This document shows, piece by piece, positions 8,431-17,979 of a stretch of 55,581 nt of DNA; the first letter of the stretch is position 1; the number at the start of each line of letters is the position of its first letter. The stretch comes from a virus (taxonomy: Duplodnaviria > Caudoviricetes). The position numbers and the translations under genes were made by a program. The stretch covers positions 1 through 55,581 of the IMG/VR virus record IMGVR_UViG_3300032893_000059. The stretch is one strand, 5' to 3'. The notes below the pieces were generated by a model. That model had not been told where the DNA came from and searched no databases. It worked only from the letters and a program-made list of their open reading frames with translations.

Positions 8431-9207
8431 CTACGCAGCCTCCCTTGCGAGTGCGGCTGCGTCCTGGGTGAGCTGCTCCACTTCGGCCGGCGTCAATTCC
8501 TTGGTACCCTTGATCGTGCGCTTCAGCCGCTCTGACATCCACGCCAGCACGTCGGCGGGCTTTTCCTTGCCGGCCTTGGCGAGTAGGTCGACCAGGGCCT
8601 TCGCCGCGCTTCGGGCGCCGTCAGCCGGCTGCTGTTGGGTAGGCTTGTTGCCCGACTGGGACGGCTGCGACTGGGCAGGCTTCGTCTGGGATGGCTTCGG
8701 CTTCTCGGTCTTGTTGAAGCCGTTGCCCTCGGCGCCGTTCGCGTCGTCGTCGTCCTCGCTGGCCACGCCCAGCAGAGGGGACAGCAGGTAGCGTCGGTAG
8801 TAGGTCACCTGCGAGCCAAACTGCTGCGGCCCGCCTGACGAAACCAGCGGAGCCTCCGAGGCGAGCCACTCTCCCGAGGAGTGCAGCAGCATCACCCGAA
8901 TAAGCCCTCCCCCGATGAGCGCAACGTGGGACAGCTCCTCGCCCGACAGAGCCGCGGACGTGGCCTCGATGACGGCGCCGAGGTCGGCGTATTGGAACGT
9001 GTAGCTGCCGGCCGGTCGACCGTCCCTCGCCTGATAGCTGACCTTGCCCTCGCAGTTCTTGATCAACGGCTTGAACTTGCCCTGGGCGCGGGCCAGGGCC
9101 GCCGCCACCTTGCAGATGGTTGGCGATGTGGATGACTTGAACGGTGTCTGCCGCGCCTGTTCTGGCGTCGGTTGCTCTGGGTGTTGCTGGGTCTGTTCGC
9201 TTTCCAT
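8431..9207 (-). CDS. erf: ERF family ssDNA-annealing protein
   Basis: YADL...LLHSSGEWL...QQFGSQVTYYRRY.L..LLGVASEDDDDAN. Confidence 0.92.
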   Translation of the reverse strand: MESEQTQQHPEQPTPEQARQTPFKSSTSPTICKVAAALARAQGKFKPLIKNCEGKVSYQARDGRPAGSYTFQYADLGAVIEATSAALSGEELSHVALIGGGLIRVMLLHSSGEWLASEAPLVSSGGPQQFGSQVTYYRRYLLSPLLGVASEDDDDANGAEGNGFNKTEKPKPSQTKPAQSQPSQSGNKPTQQQPADGARSAAKALVDLLAKAGKEKPADVLAWMSERLKRTIKGTKELTPAEVEQLTQDAAALAREAA

Positions 9208-9240
9208 GTTGTCCTCGCTGTTGTTGAACCTGTTGGGCGC

Positions 9241-10263
9241 CTACCGCCGCCTCGCTGCCGGCGCCGCCTTGATGTTGCGCCACCCGAACTGTTCGTAAGG
9301 GTCGCCCGTCTTGATGCTCGCCAAGACCTGTCGCTTGAGGGCGGCCACCTCGGGCGGGTCGGCGGGGTTGTCCTGGGCGATTTCCTTCAGGTCGGCAACG
9401 CTCGCAGTCTCTCGGCCATCGCGCGATCCCGGGTAATACTCCTTGCCGGCTACCACGCAGCACCCCCCATTCCGCACGAACGCTTGGACCTGCTTCTTGG
9501 CCAGGTCACACGCATTTTCGAGGAACCGGATCCGCATGATGACTTGGCCGGCCAGCTCGCTGGTCAAGTCCAACTGTGGAATCTGAATCTCGGTCGGCTT
9601 CGTATCCTCGGTAATATCGGCCGCTCCGGTCTCTTCCGAGAACACCGTCAGCGCCGTCTTGGCCCTGGCGACCCATGCCTCGCAGTACGCCGCTTGCCTG
9701 CATCCCCCACACCAGTCCCCGGGGCATGCAACGGGTGGGCGCGCCTTCGCCGCCTTGATGCGTGCGAGCAGGGCCGGATGCTTGTCAGGCTCTACCGGGT
9801 TCGACCGTTCCACGAACGCCGCCCCGTCGTCGCCCACTTGGACCGTGGCCACGCGGAAGGGTCGCCCCCCGCAGGCAGCAAGTCCCATCGCAAGCTCGCC
9901 CAAGTCGTCCCCTGGTACAGCGTCAGTGTGCCAGTCGGTCGATGCCCACGAGACCACCAGCACGCAATCGGGCCCGTCGATGACTGCTCCCGGCTTCCCG
10001 CCTACCAGCACCTCTCCGGTGGCGGGGTCGATGAGGTCCAGCTCCTCGCCTACGGTGCGGACGGTGCCCGGCTCGGTCGACAGCCATTGCAGGGCGGCGA
10101 GCGCGGCCGGTAGCTGCGGCTGGTCGTTGGCGTGCCAGCATCGCGCGATCTCGGTGCGGGTGTCCACGAAGTCGCCCTCGCCGATCTCTCGGTGTTCAGC
10201 CGCCAGCTTTGCGGACAGCCCACAGCGTTCCAATTGCATCAACAATGCGGGTCCAAGTTTCAT
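9241..10263 (-). CDS. Cas4/PD-(D/E)XK-like protein with degenerate active site
   Basis: C-terminal PGDWCGGC...C cluster plus an N-terminal Cys; adjacent to erf/ssb. Confidence 0.55.
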   Translation of the reverse strand: MKLGPALLMQLERCGLSAKLAAEHREIGEGDFVDTRTEIARCWHANDQPQLPAALAALQWLSTEPGTVRTVGEELDLIDPATGEVLVGGKPGAVIDGPDCVLVVSWASTDWHTDAVPGDDLGELAMGLAACGGRPFRVATVQVGDDGAAFVERSNPVEPDKHPALLARIKAAKARPPVACPGDWCGGCRQAAYCEAWVARAKTALTVFSEETGAADITEDTKPTEIQIPQLDLTSELAGQVIMRIRFLENACDLAKKQVQAFVRNGGCCVVAGKEYYPGSRDGRETASVADLKEIAQDNPADPPEVAALKRQVLASIKTGDPYEQFGWRNIKAAPAARRR

Positions 10264-10274
10264 GTCGTTCTCCT

Positions 10275-10312
10275 CACCCAGGTACTTGGGCGGTCGGCCG
10301 CCTTTTCAGATC
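10275..10312 (-). promoter_or_regulatory. 38-bp conserved element, copy B
   Basis: GATCTGAAAA-ggcggccga-CCGCCCAAGTACCTGGGTG. Confidence 0.75.
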
Positions 10313-10551
10313 GCGATCCCGGCGAGTTCGGCCAGGTCAGACCAGGGCAGGCCGCACGCCCGGAGCGCATTGACGGCTGCTGTCCCCGGCCGGCTCCACC
10401 AGCAGCGCCACCAGTAGGCCCAACTCCAGCGCAGGTGCTTGCCGGCGGCGTGGGCGCGGTCCTCTGCTACCGCTGCTACCGCGATCGCGAGTGCCGTCCT
10501 CACGAAGTCGCGCGCATCCGCCGGCCTGCGTAGCATGATCAGGCTACGCAT
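10306..10551 (-). CDS. Hypothetical protein (Trp-rich)
   Basis: Tightly packed operon ORF. Confidence 0.5.
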   Translation of the reverse strand: MRSLIMLRRPADARDFVRTALAIAVAAVAEDRAHAAGKHLRWSWAYWWRCWWSRPGTAAVNALRACGLPWSDLAELAGIAI

Positions 10552-10561
10552 GGCCCTGCGC

Positions 10562-10735
10562 CTAAGTCGGACGCGTGCGACCGACCATCAGCGCAGCCAG
10601 CACCAAGCGCTCGATCGCCAGGTCGATCACGCGGTCGCACGCCGCCTTGGTGTCGTCCGAGTAGGCAGGCCCGGCAACCTCCAGACGTTGTGCAAAGGCT
10701 GCCCGAAGTTCCTTTTCCGCGTCGATCACTTTCAT
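10562..10735 (-). CDS. Hypothetical protein
   Basis: ATGA overlap with upstream gene and GGAG RBS. Confidence 0.55.
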   Translation of the reverse strand: MKVIDAEKELRAAFAQRLEVAGPAYSDDTKAACDRVIDLAIERLVLAALMVGRTRPT

Positions 10736-10977
10736 GTTGACTCCAGCACTGTGACCGCCTCGACCAGCAGCCTCTTCGCCTCCGCCCTGATGGCCGATTC
10801 CGCCCGGTCGCGAATCTCCGCGATGACGACGACTTCGCCGTCCAGTGTACCGACCCAGATGTTGCGGCCAAGGATCGCCGCTCCACCGCACACCAGCGTC
10901 GCTTTGAGGTGCCCGATGTGCGTGACCTCGATGGTGTATCCCGGGCGCAAGCACGTACCCCACAGCAAGTACTTCAT
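10732..10977 (-). CDS. Hypothetical protein
   Basis: ATGA overlaps on both sides. Confidence 0.6.
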   Translation of the reverse strand: MKYLLWGTCLRPGYTIEVTHIGHLKATLVCGGAAILGRNIWVGTLDGEVVVIAEIRDRAESAIRAEAKRLLVEAVTVLEST

Positions 10978-11183
10978 CGGAGATCACCTGACGGCGTGGG
11001 GTCCGGGATCGCGACGACGTCGCTGCAGGTCCGCCGAGTGAGCTGGTTGCGGTGCAGCCGGCATCCCTGGGATCCGAGCACCCGGGGCGCCGGGCAACCC
11101 TTGACCGCGCACTTGTCCCAGTCCGGCATGTGCGGGTTGTAAGTCGCGGTCGGGAGAATGATTTTCGTGCCTTGCTTGACCAT
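10974..11183 (-). CDS. Small Cys/His hypothetical protein
   Basis: C-x4-C-x9-C-x2-H; AGGAG RBS. Confidence 0.55.
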   Translation of the reverse strand: MVKQGTKIILPTATYNPHMPDWDKCAVKGCPAPRVLGSQGCRLHRNQLTRRTCSDVVAIPDPTPSGDLR

Positions 11184-11184
11184 G

Positions 11185-11577
11185 CTATTGCTCCTTGGGT
11201 CCGTACTTCCGAGCCAGCCAGCGCGCGACCGCGTCCACGATCGAGCTCACCTGGCGCATCTCCGGGTCGCTTGTCGTCCCGGACGGCTCGAAACGAAGGC
11301 GACTCCACTTGTCGATCAAGGTCGCGACCGGGACGCCATATTGGAGCGCGATGCTGGCCGTGATGCTCAAGGCGTCGAGCAGGCCAGAGATGGTCGAGCC
11401 ACTGCGATCGGCCTTGATAAACAGCTCCCCGAGCGACCCATCGGGGAAGCATCCCGTGGAGAGGTAGATCTTCAGTTCGCCGTGCGGGTGCCGCAGGTGG
11501 ATGCGCTTGGTAAGCCCTCGCCGCTCAACCGGTAGACGGCGGCGGACAGACACGGGGACAGACGTCGAGTCGTCCAT
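11185..11577 (-). CDS. Stand-alone TSCPD domain (NrdJ ribonucleotide reductase C-terminal-like)
   Basis: DGSLGELFI...SIALQYGVP...RFEPSG...SSIVD. Confidence 0.85.
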   Translation of the reverse strand: MDDSTSVPVSVRRRLPVERRGLTKRIHLRHPHGELKIYLSTGCFPDGSLGELFIKADRSGSTISGLLDALSITASIALQYGVPVATLIDKWSRLRFEPSGTTSDPEMRQVSSIVDAVARWLARKYGPKEQ

Positions 11578-11783
11578 TAGTTCTTCCCCCGGCGCTGCGC
11601 CTGATCGACCGCGTGGTCGACCGCGTCCTTGCCGTGGAGCTGGCACGCCAGCTTGTACGCCGTCTGCTCGTTGAGCTTGGCAATCACCGCCAGCTCATCC
11701 GCTCTGGCGCGTTCCTCCCGCGCCTCCTGCCGAGCCTTGGCCAGTTGTCGCTCAGTGCGTCGCTTGGATGTGGAGAGGCTCAC
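11577..11783 (-). CDS. Hypothetical protein
   Basis: GTG start at the edge of element copy C; stop overlaps the next start. Confidence 0.55.
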   Translation of the reverse strand: MSLSTSKRRTERQLAKARQEAREERARADELAVIAKLNEQTAYKLACQLHGKDAVDHAVDQAQRRGKN

Positions 11784-11820
11784 ACCCAAGTACTTGGGCG
11801 GCTGGACCCGTTTTCAGATC
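11783..11820 (-). promoter_or_regulatory. 38-bp conserved element, copy C
   Basis: GATCTGAAAA-cgggtccag-CCGCCCAAGTACTTGGGTG; contains the perfect palindrome CCCAAGTACTTGGG. Confidence 0.75.
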
Positions 11821-11828
11821 AGGATTCG

Positions 11829-12587
11829 CTATACGCCGATGATCGTGACCGCGACGTCGCAAAGGCTGCCCGAGTCGCCAGCGCCCTTCTTGTACCAGAC
11901 GCGCAGTACGTTGGGGTCGCTGCCGATGTTCGGATTCGTACCCACCATGCCGCCGTATGGCGACCCGCCAGTCATCATCGAGACCTGCGCCGAAAGGAGA
12001 ATCGTGTACAGTTTCGTCGTCGCGCCGTTCAAATCGACGTCGCAGTAGCTGTCTGCGGGCACGTTTATAAGGCGGAACGTGATGAACTTGAACAGCCCGA
12101 GTGTAGGGAGGGTCAGCATGTCGAACGTCAGCATGTCGACTTGACTGATGCTGGCGCCGTGGCTGACAGTCCAGCCGGTGAGTGCGCTGATGTGAGTGGC
12201 GCCGATCTGGCGGATCTCCTTTTCACTGTAGTCGCAGCGAGCCCAGTAGTCCGATTCGCCTTGGGTCAGGCCAACATCGGGCCGCTGGTTTAGACTCGTC
12301 GCCTTGCCTCGATAAATCCGGGCATCCTGCAGGTTGACCACGACCATACCCGGACCGAAGGTGTCGGTGCCCCGCCAGTATCGGATTCCCAGAAAGAGCG
12401 CCAGGCGCTGCTTGAGGAAGGTGATCCAGTCTCCAGCGACCTTGAAGGCCTGGTCCCAGGTTGAGGCGCTGAAGTCGTCCACTCCGTCCTCCGGCAGGTT
12501 GAGGATTGGATTGACGCCCTCATTCAAGGTGGGCGCTGGCGATGGTGGCTGGGCTGCTGTTGGATCGGGATTGTACGCTACTGGCAT
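11829..12587 (-). CDS. Tail fibre-like protein
   Basis: Last gene of the tail operon, after the baseplate genes. Confidence 0.55.
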   Translation of the reverse strand: MPVAYNPDPTAAQPPSPAPTLNEGVNPILNLPEDGVDDFSASTWDQAFKVAGDWITFLKQRLALFLGIRYWRGTDTFGPGMVVVNLQDARIYRGKATSLNQRPDVGLTQGESDYWARCDYSEKEIRQIGATHISALTGWTVSHGASISQVDMLTFDMLTLPTLGLFKFITFRLINVPADSYCDVDLNGATTKLYTILLSAQVSMMTGGSPYGGMVGTNPNIGSDPNVLRVWYKKGAGDSGSLCDVAVTIIGV

Positions 12588-12590
12588 GAT

Positions 12591-13370
12591 TCACTCCGGT
12601 GCAATGAAACGGGAGCCCGTGGCCCCAATGGTCCCGGTGTCCCCAACCTTGAGACCTGGCGGCCAGCCCAGCACACGCGCGCCGCTGGCCACAGGAACCA
12701 CCGAGGCCCCCACATAGTGTGCACCGCCCTGGCGCCACCGTTGGACCGTTTGGTTCAGGATGGCCTTTGCAGTATTGCCAGCGTTGTTGGTCAGGGACGG
12801 CACGTCCTGCAGGAACAGGATGCAGAAGTGGGAGGAGAACTGATCGCGCGCATCTAGCGTGAAGCCAGTGAGAAGGGGCGAAGGCACCACACCCGTCCGA
12901 TCCACCCGGTTCGCACACGCGTCGCACGGGTTGCTGACGTTGAGGTCGCCTCCCTCCTCGAGGTAATAGCGCCGGCCGGCGTGGTTGAAGACCGAGGTGC
13001 CCGTCGCGCCCACGGGGAACCCCTGCACCGCCAGCTCGGTCAGCAGCCCCTTGGCACTGCCGGCCATCTCCCAGGTGGTCCAGGCGTTCTTCAACCGTGC
13101 CGCCCAATCCGCCAGGGGCTCATCATTGGCGCCCGGGGTGGACCCGCCACGCGGCAACATGCGGTCACGGCCAATCTCCTCAAGGGCATCCACCATACCC
13201 ATCGCCGCGGCGTCCTCCGGACAGCGTGCGCGGACACCGGTTTTCATGCGCTCGACCTGCAGGTCGAACACTTTGCCCACAGATCCCCAGTAGGCCTGCC
13301 CGACGGGATCGTGCATCCACCCGGGCCCGAGCTCGGGGTTCTTGAACCACTCCTCGTAGAAACCGCCCAC
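12591..13370 (-). CDS. Baseplate wedge protein (P2 gpI/Mu gp48-like position)
   Basis: L..IGRDR.L.RG..E...WAARL..AW..W..AGS..GL motif; follows baseplate J. Confidence 0.65.
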   Translation of the reverse strand: MGGFYEEWFKNPELGPGWMHDPVGQAYWGSVGKVFDLQVERMKTGVRARCPEDAAAMGMVDALEEIGRDRMLPRGGSTPGANDEPLADWAARLKNAWTTWEMAGSAKGLLTELAVQGFPVGATGTSVFNHAGRRYYLEEGGDLNVSNPCDACANRVDRTGVVPSPLLTGFTLDARDQFSSHFCILFLQDVPSLTNNAGNTAKAILNQTVQRWRQGGAHYVGASVVPVASGARVLGWPPGLKVGDTGTIGATGSRFIAPE

Positions 13371-14875
13371 TACGCGATCTCCTGCCAGGTCATCCCCTGG
13401 CTGGGCAGGCCCGCCGACTCGTCCAGCGTCGCGCACTGAAACGCCGTGAGGACCAGGTCGGCCGCCGTGCCGTTGAGAGTCAGGCCCGTGGCGTTGAATG
13501 CTCCGGCATCATGCATGGCGTTCTCCAGCGCCAGCAGCTCCACCAGCCCATCGGGTTGCTCTCCACCCAGCGCGAGGGCAGCAATGTACTTTATCCATGC
13601 GAGGTCGGCCGCCGATTTCACCGCCGCGGTCGTGCCACGCCGGCAGCGAATCGTGCCGCCCACCGCCACTGCTACCGCCGCTGCCGCGGCCACGTTGGCG
13701 TAGTCGACCTGTCCGGACTGCTCGTCGAGGTATGCCTGGACGGCCGCCACTTGGGCTGGAGTCGCGGTCGCCGTGGTGCCAGCAATGTACACGTCCTCGA
13801 TTCCGGACACGGTCAATGATGGCCTGGCCTTGACCTTCACCACCCCGAGGTGCTGGGCGGCTTCGCAGGCGCGTACCCAACCCTCGAAGCGGTTGCCCGT
13901 TGGGATGACGGACTGCTCGGCAAAGCGATCCTGGCAGCGGAGGGCCAGCGCCGCGAGCGTCTCCTTTTCGGCGCCCATCTGGATGAGCGGCGTCCCTGGC
14001 AGTCCCACGATCCACTCGTCGCCCTCGTTGAAGGACTGGGTGCCCTCCGCTCCGTCGGTCAATGTGACCTCGAGGTCGCCCTGGGTGAAGGTTCCGCTGG
14101 CGGCGAAAGGTCCGGTGGTCGTCGCGGCGCCGCCCTGGTAGACCGTACACGTGAACGCCGCGCTGTTGTCGTCGGCCCTGCCGGCGGTGGTGAAGGCAAG
14201 CTTTACGGTCCGGCGAGACGTCGTGATGGTCGTCGAGCTGACAGCGATCGAGCCCGATCCGGTGATGTAGGACGCAGGCAGGCCGGCGGGGGTGGCCGCA
14301 TTGGTCACCGATACGCCAGGCAGAGGCGTCACCAGTGCGACGATGCTGCCGATCGAGTCCTGGTATCCTACGCCCGGGCTCTCGGCCTGGAAGACTGCCG
14401 TCACGCTTCCGCCATCCGGGATCGTCACCTCGTCGTCCAAGAGCACGTACTTGTTGCCGGTGCTGGGCGAGTAGGCGACGAGCTCGCCCTTGCTGCGAGT
14501 GTAAGGGCCAGGCCCCGAGGTACAGGTGAGGGTCAGGACTTGCTTTGTGTAGGTCGCATCATTGCGGTCGCGCCCATAGTTCTGCGCGGCCAGTATCTCC
14601 ATCCACCCCTCGATCGGATTTCCATCGGCGTCGAGCAACGTGGACGCGAGCCGCAGGAAGCCGCTGGCAGTCAGCATTCTGATCGTGTCTTCGCGATCGA
14701 GCAGGCCCGTCGCGGCCATTTTTACGAAGGTCCGCTCGAAACCACCCTCGATCCAATCCGTCACAGGGAAACCGCCGGGCTCGCCCTCGATTGGGGCCTC
14801 CTGGAGGACGGAAAGCAGCAGGGCTTCGAGCGTGTCGCGGTTGCGGGGCGATAGCAGTTCGGTGAGCGTCGTCAT
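13370..14875 (-). CDS. Baseplate J/gp47-like protein
   Basis: FQAESPG..Y...I..LVTPLPGVSVTN and GAEKET..AL..RC. Confidence 0.85.
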   Translation of the reverse strand: MTTLTELLSPRNRDTLEALLLSVLQEAPIEGEPGGFPVTDWIEGGFERTFVKMAATGLLDREDTIRMLTASGFLRLASTLLDADGNPIEGWMEILAAQNYGRDRNDATYTKQVLTLTCTSGPGPYTRSKGELVAYSPSTGNKYVLLDDEVTIPDGGSVTAVFQAESPGVGYQDSIGSIVALVTPLPGVSVTNAATPAGLPASYITGSGSIAVSSTTITTSRRTVKLAFTTAGRADDNSAAFTCTVYQGGAATTTGPFAASGTFTQGDLEVTLTDGAEGTQSFNEGDEWIVGLPGTPLIQMGAEKETLAALALRCQDRFAEQSVIPTGNRFEGWVRACEAAQHLGVVKVKARPSLTVSGIEDVYIAGTTATATPAQVAAVQAYLDEQSGQVDYANVAAAAAVAVAVGGTIRCRRGTTAAVKSAADLAWIKYIAALALGGEQPDGLVELLALENAMHDAGAFNATGLTLNGTAADLVLTAFQCATLDESAGLPSQGMTWQEIA

Positions 14876-15306
14876 ACGGCCTCCGTCGGTCCCGTCCCAG
14901 CCAGACCCTGATTGAGCTTGGCGACGGTCAAGTCGCGCACGGGCACCACGAGCGAAAATGGCCCCACCGCGGACTCACCATCGATGTAGATCGTGAGGCC
15001 GTCCTGGCTCGCGACGATTCGAGCCCTGGCATCCTGCACCCGCGGGTCCTTCCGCAGCTCCGCCGCGATCGCGCTTCCCTCGGCGGCCATCTCGCCCGTG
15101 CCGCTCCAGTCCCTATTGAGCAGGTCGTTTACGTCATAGCCGTAGGTCTGCTCGTCGCCGATTGAGGCCAAGCATCCCTGGGACGCGTTCAACCTGCGCA
15201 AGAGTGAATTCTGTAGGTTCTCCACGCCCCAGCAGAGCTGCATGCGCAGCGGGAAGCCTGTGGTGCAGGCGATGCCGACGCCAAGCGGGTCACCCTGGTT
15301 TGCCAT
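14872..15306 (-). CDS. Baseplate wedge gp25/gp46-like protein
   Basis: NLQNSLLRRL..G.L....YG...ELRKDPRV. Confidence 0.75.
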   Translation of the reverse strand: MANQGDPLGVGIACTTGFPLRMQLCWGVENLQNSLLRRLNASQGCLASIGDEQTYGYDVNDLLNRDWSGTGEMAAEGSAIAAELRKDPRVQDARARIVASQDGLTIYIDGESAVGPFSLVVPVRDLTVAKLNQGLAGTGPTEAV

Positions 15307-15310
15307 GGTC

Positions 15311-15925
15311 CTAGGTGCGGTGGTCCTCTATTTTGGCGGTTCCGTCAACCCCGAGCGTAGCGGCAGCAAGGAAGCAGTCGGCCCGGTACGCGTTACGAGC
15401 CTCGCGGCTGGTCGAGCAGTGGCTCTCCTTTGCCGCCGTCGCCCAGTCGGGCGGGATGGCGTTGCACGCTTTCAACAGATTGGGCCAACCCTCCAGGCCG
15501 GGATAAGGGCCGGTGCCAAGGTTCCAGCCAAGATCGAGAAGGCCGCACTTTGCCGGCGCGGGAAAGCCATCGAAACCGGGGCAGAGTTCGCGAAGCCCCG
15601 CAATCGTAGCGCGCAGCCGCGAGAACGCGAGCTCGTCCACCGCCTCATCCGAAAGCGCGAGTGGCCCGTGGTACGCGTGCGCGGGAAGGCCACCTCGCAT
15701 CGACTGCACCCGAAAGAAGTCGGTGGCGATCTCGGCGGCTGTGGCGCGCTGACCATTCGAGACGTGGTGGAATGGCAGGGCCTGCGCCTTGGTAACGCTG
15801 GAGAGCAGGCACCCGACGCCGATTGTGACGTTTGGAGGCTTGTCGCCGTCGAGGTACATCTGGTGTTCACGGCCCTCGTAGTGCTCTAGCTCGGCCAGGA
15901 CATCCCGAAGCTCGTCATCGTTCAT
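15311..15925 (-). CDS. Lysozyme (GH24-like; endolysin or baseplate lysozyme)
   Basis: EG....MYLD.....TIGVG catalytic motif; LLDLGWNLG. Confidence 0.85.
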   Translation of the reverse strand: MNDDELRDVLAELEHYEGREHQMYLDGDKPPNVTIGVGCLLSSVTKAQALPFHHVSNGQRATAAEIATDFFRVQSMRGGLPAHAYHGPLALSDEAVDELAFSRLRATIAGLRELCPGFDGFPAPAKCGLLDLGWNLGTGPYPGLEGWPNLLKACNAIPPDWATAAKESHCSTSREARNAYRADCFLAAATLGVDGTAKIEDHRT

Positions 15926-16809
15926 GAGGCTACCTCCGTCATCAGTTCAAGAGCCCGCAGCGTTGCCGCCACGGCGCGCACCGATAGCCTCAGGGCGACA
16001 TCGCCAGGACACTCCGGCATGTCGCGGGGCTCGCCAAACGCTCGACGAGTCCAGAGGCTGTTTTCGATACACAGATCCTCGATGGACGTAGCCTTGATGT
16101 CCGCTAGTTCCTCCCGCACCGCGGGCGCGAGGACATCCGCGACCTGCTCCGCTTCGATCATCTCGGCGAGCGTCTCGTGCCATTGCGCTTCGAGGGCGTC
16201 CTCGAAGGCCGCGTGGCCGTGGAGTATCTGGCCCCAGCCGTGGGGTGGACAGCACGCATCCGTTACCAGGTGCGCCACCATGCCAGCACAGCGCCGCGCC
16301 GGGTCCGGAGAACCGTTTGCGAGCCAGTACCGAGCTCCCTGAGCATAGTGGTCCGCTTCCTCGCCAGCCGAAGGAAAGCGGAATGTGCCGACCGTGGCGC
16401 CCGGCTGCTCAAGCAAAGCTCGCTCCAGCGGCGTGGCGCCTTCCAGGCCGGTCGGAGGAGGCCGCAGGCCGTTCCGATACTCGACGATCTGCGCGCCGAT
16501 CACGGCACCAGCAGCCGCCACCAAGGCGCCCCCGATTGACAGCGAATCGTCGGCAAGCCAGCGGTAGCCACGCTCGCCCACCTGGAAGTGTCGGAAGCTC
16601 GACAGGTTGTGCCCGAGCAGTACGGTCTGCGGACCTTCACCCGGCAGCACGCACGCAACCTCGTCCACCCGATCGGGCAATGAGCAAGCGGCGATGAAGT
16701 CGGGCCGTCCTTCGAGCAGCAGAGACATCGCGGATGGCGTGAGCCCGCAGGTCAGGACGAGCCGGGCCGCGGCCTTGCCGATTTCCTCATGCGTTCGTCC
16801 ATTTGGCAT
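15922..16809 (-). CDS. Zn-dependent phospholipase C / S1-P1 nuclease superfamily protein
   Basis: N-terminal TH, PD, HF, G..AHLVTD..CPPH and HAAFE zinc-ligand pattern. Confidence 0.75.
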   Translation of the reverse strand: MPNGRTHEEIGKAAARLVLTCGLTPSAMSLLLEGRPDFIAACSLPDRVDEVACVLPGEGPQTVLLGHNLSSFRHFQVGERGYRWLADDSLSIGGALVAAAGAVIGAQIVEYRNGLRPPPTGLEGATPLERALLEQPGATVGTFRFPSAGEEADHYAQGARYWLANGSPDPARRCAGMVAHLVTDACCPPHGWGQILHGHAAFEDALEAQWHETLAEMIEAEQVADVLAPAVREELADIKATSIEDLCIENSLWTRRAFGEPRDMPECPGDVALRLSVRAVAATLRALELMTEVAS

Positions 16810-17384
16810 CAGTCCCACCTTTCTGCGGGCTTGTCGTCATCCTTCGAGGCCCCGGCCTGCAGGAACCCCCACCGCCCGCCGAGGAGGAGCAGCGGCGCCA
16901 GTGGCTGCCCCTGGACGAACAGAAGGCCGAATCCTCCGTTGAACCAGTCCTTCCAGTGAAGCATGAGCGAGCCGAAATACTGGTTGGGCTTGTCGCTGTT
17001 GAGTTGTAGGTTGGCGCATCCGTCGAGCCCGAGATCGGCCGGCAGATACGTCACCCCGAGGCACGCACCCAGAGGCGGGGCGGCATTGATGCCCTCGCTG
17101 TGGGCACCGGTTCGAAGGTTCACGGCGACCACGGACGCGGCCAGGGACGGCCCGTAGCTCCAGCTGCCGCGCGTCTCCGCGGGCACCTCGCCAGCGCGGG
17201 CCGGTCCCGACGCCAGGAGCGCCAGCAGCAGCAGGACCATGAAGCACGCGACGCCGCGCGACCGCTCGCACAAGACCTCGAGGGCGGCCCTCTGGCCCGG
17301 CCACTCAACCCTCTCCTCGGCGGCGCGGTAGCACCTGCCGGCGGTCGCCGCGATCACCGACACCAGGACGGCGCGCCACCACAT
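16809..17384 (-). CDS. Exported beta-strand-rich protein
   Basis: Hydrophobic stretch ending PARA-G, followed by amphipathic Gly/aromatic strands. Confidence 0.55.
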   Translation of the reverse strand: MWWRAVLVSVIAATAGRCYRAAEERVEWPGQRAALEVLCERSRGVACFMVLLLLALLASGPARAGEVPAETRGSWSYGPSLAASVVAVNLRTGAHSEGINAAPPLGACLGVTYLPADLGLDGCANLQLNSDKPNQYFGSLMLHWKDWFNGGFGLLFVQGQPLAPLLLLGGRWGFLQAGASKDDDKPAERWD

Positions 17385-17497
17385 CACGAGACTCCCGCGA
17401 CGCGCTCCGCGCGATCTACGAGCCAGCCGACGAGGCCGAGGGCGAGGACAACGGCGGTAATTCCCAACCCGACGACCGCCAGGCCGACGCTTCTCAT
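17384..17497 (-). CDS. 37-aa single-TM peptide
   Basis: MRSVGLAVVGLGITAVVLALGLVGWLVDR...; overlaps neighbouring start and stop codons; not in the ORF track. Confidence 0.55.
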   Translation of the reverse strand: MRSVGLAVVGLGITAVVLALGLVGWLVDRAERVAGVS

Positions 17498-17979
17498 CGC
17501 GCCTTCTCCGGCTTGGTGACGTCCTCGCTCTTCGGCACGACGGCCAGTTTCGGCGTCGGCCGGTCATCGTCGGGTATGGGCAGCTTGTCCACGGCGGCGT
17601 CGACCGACGCGATCGCGGCCCGCCACCGGGTGAGGAGCACGACGAGCACCCCAAGGTCGGCCGTTATCTTCTCCGTCACGCCGAGCTTCGAAGTCACGAG
17701 CCACACGGCAACGCCGAGCGCGCCCGCCACGAGGACCCCCGCGAGGTGGAGGACCCGGTGGAGCTTCGCCTTGGTCGGAGGGTACACGAGCCCGGCCGCG
17801 TGCCTGAGGCTGCGCCCGAGGACGCGCAGCCCGCGCCGGGCCTGCGCGAAGAACACCTGCCGCTCGTTCCCCACCCACCCGACCGTGGCGGGCTGCACGC
17901 GGCCGAGGTACCAGAGCATGAAAGCGACGACGAGGACCACGACCGAGGCGCCGCCGATGCAGACACTGAACGTCGTCAC
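17494..17979 (-). CDS. Multi-TM holin-like protein
   Basis: 2-3 hydrophobic segments and a charged C-terminus. Confidence 0.55.
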   Translation of the reverse strand: MTTFSVCIGGASVVVLVVAFMLWYLGRVQPATVGWVGNERQVFFAQARRGLRVLGRSLRHAAGLVYPPTKAKLHRVLHLAGVLVAGALGVAVWLVTSKLGVTEKITADLGVLVVLLTRWRAAIASVDAAVDKLPIPDDDRPTPKLAVVPKSEDVTKPEKAR

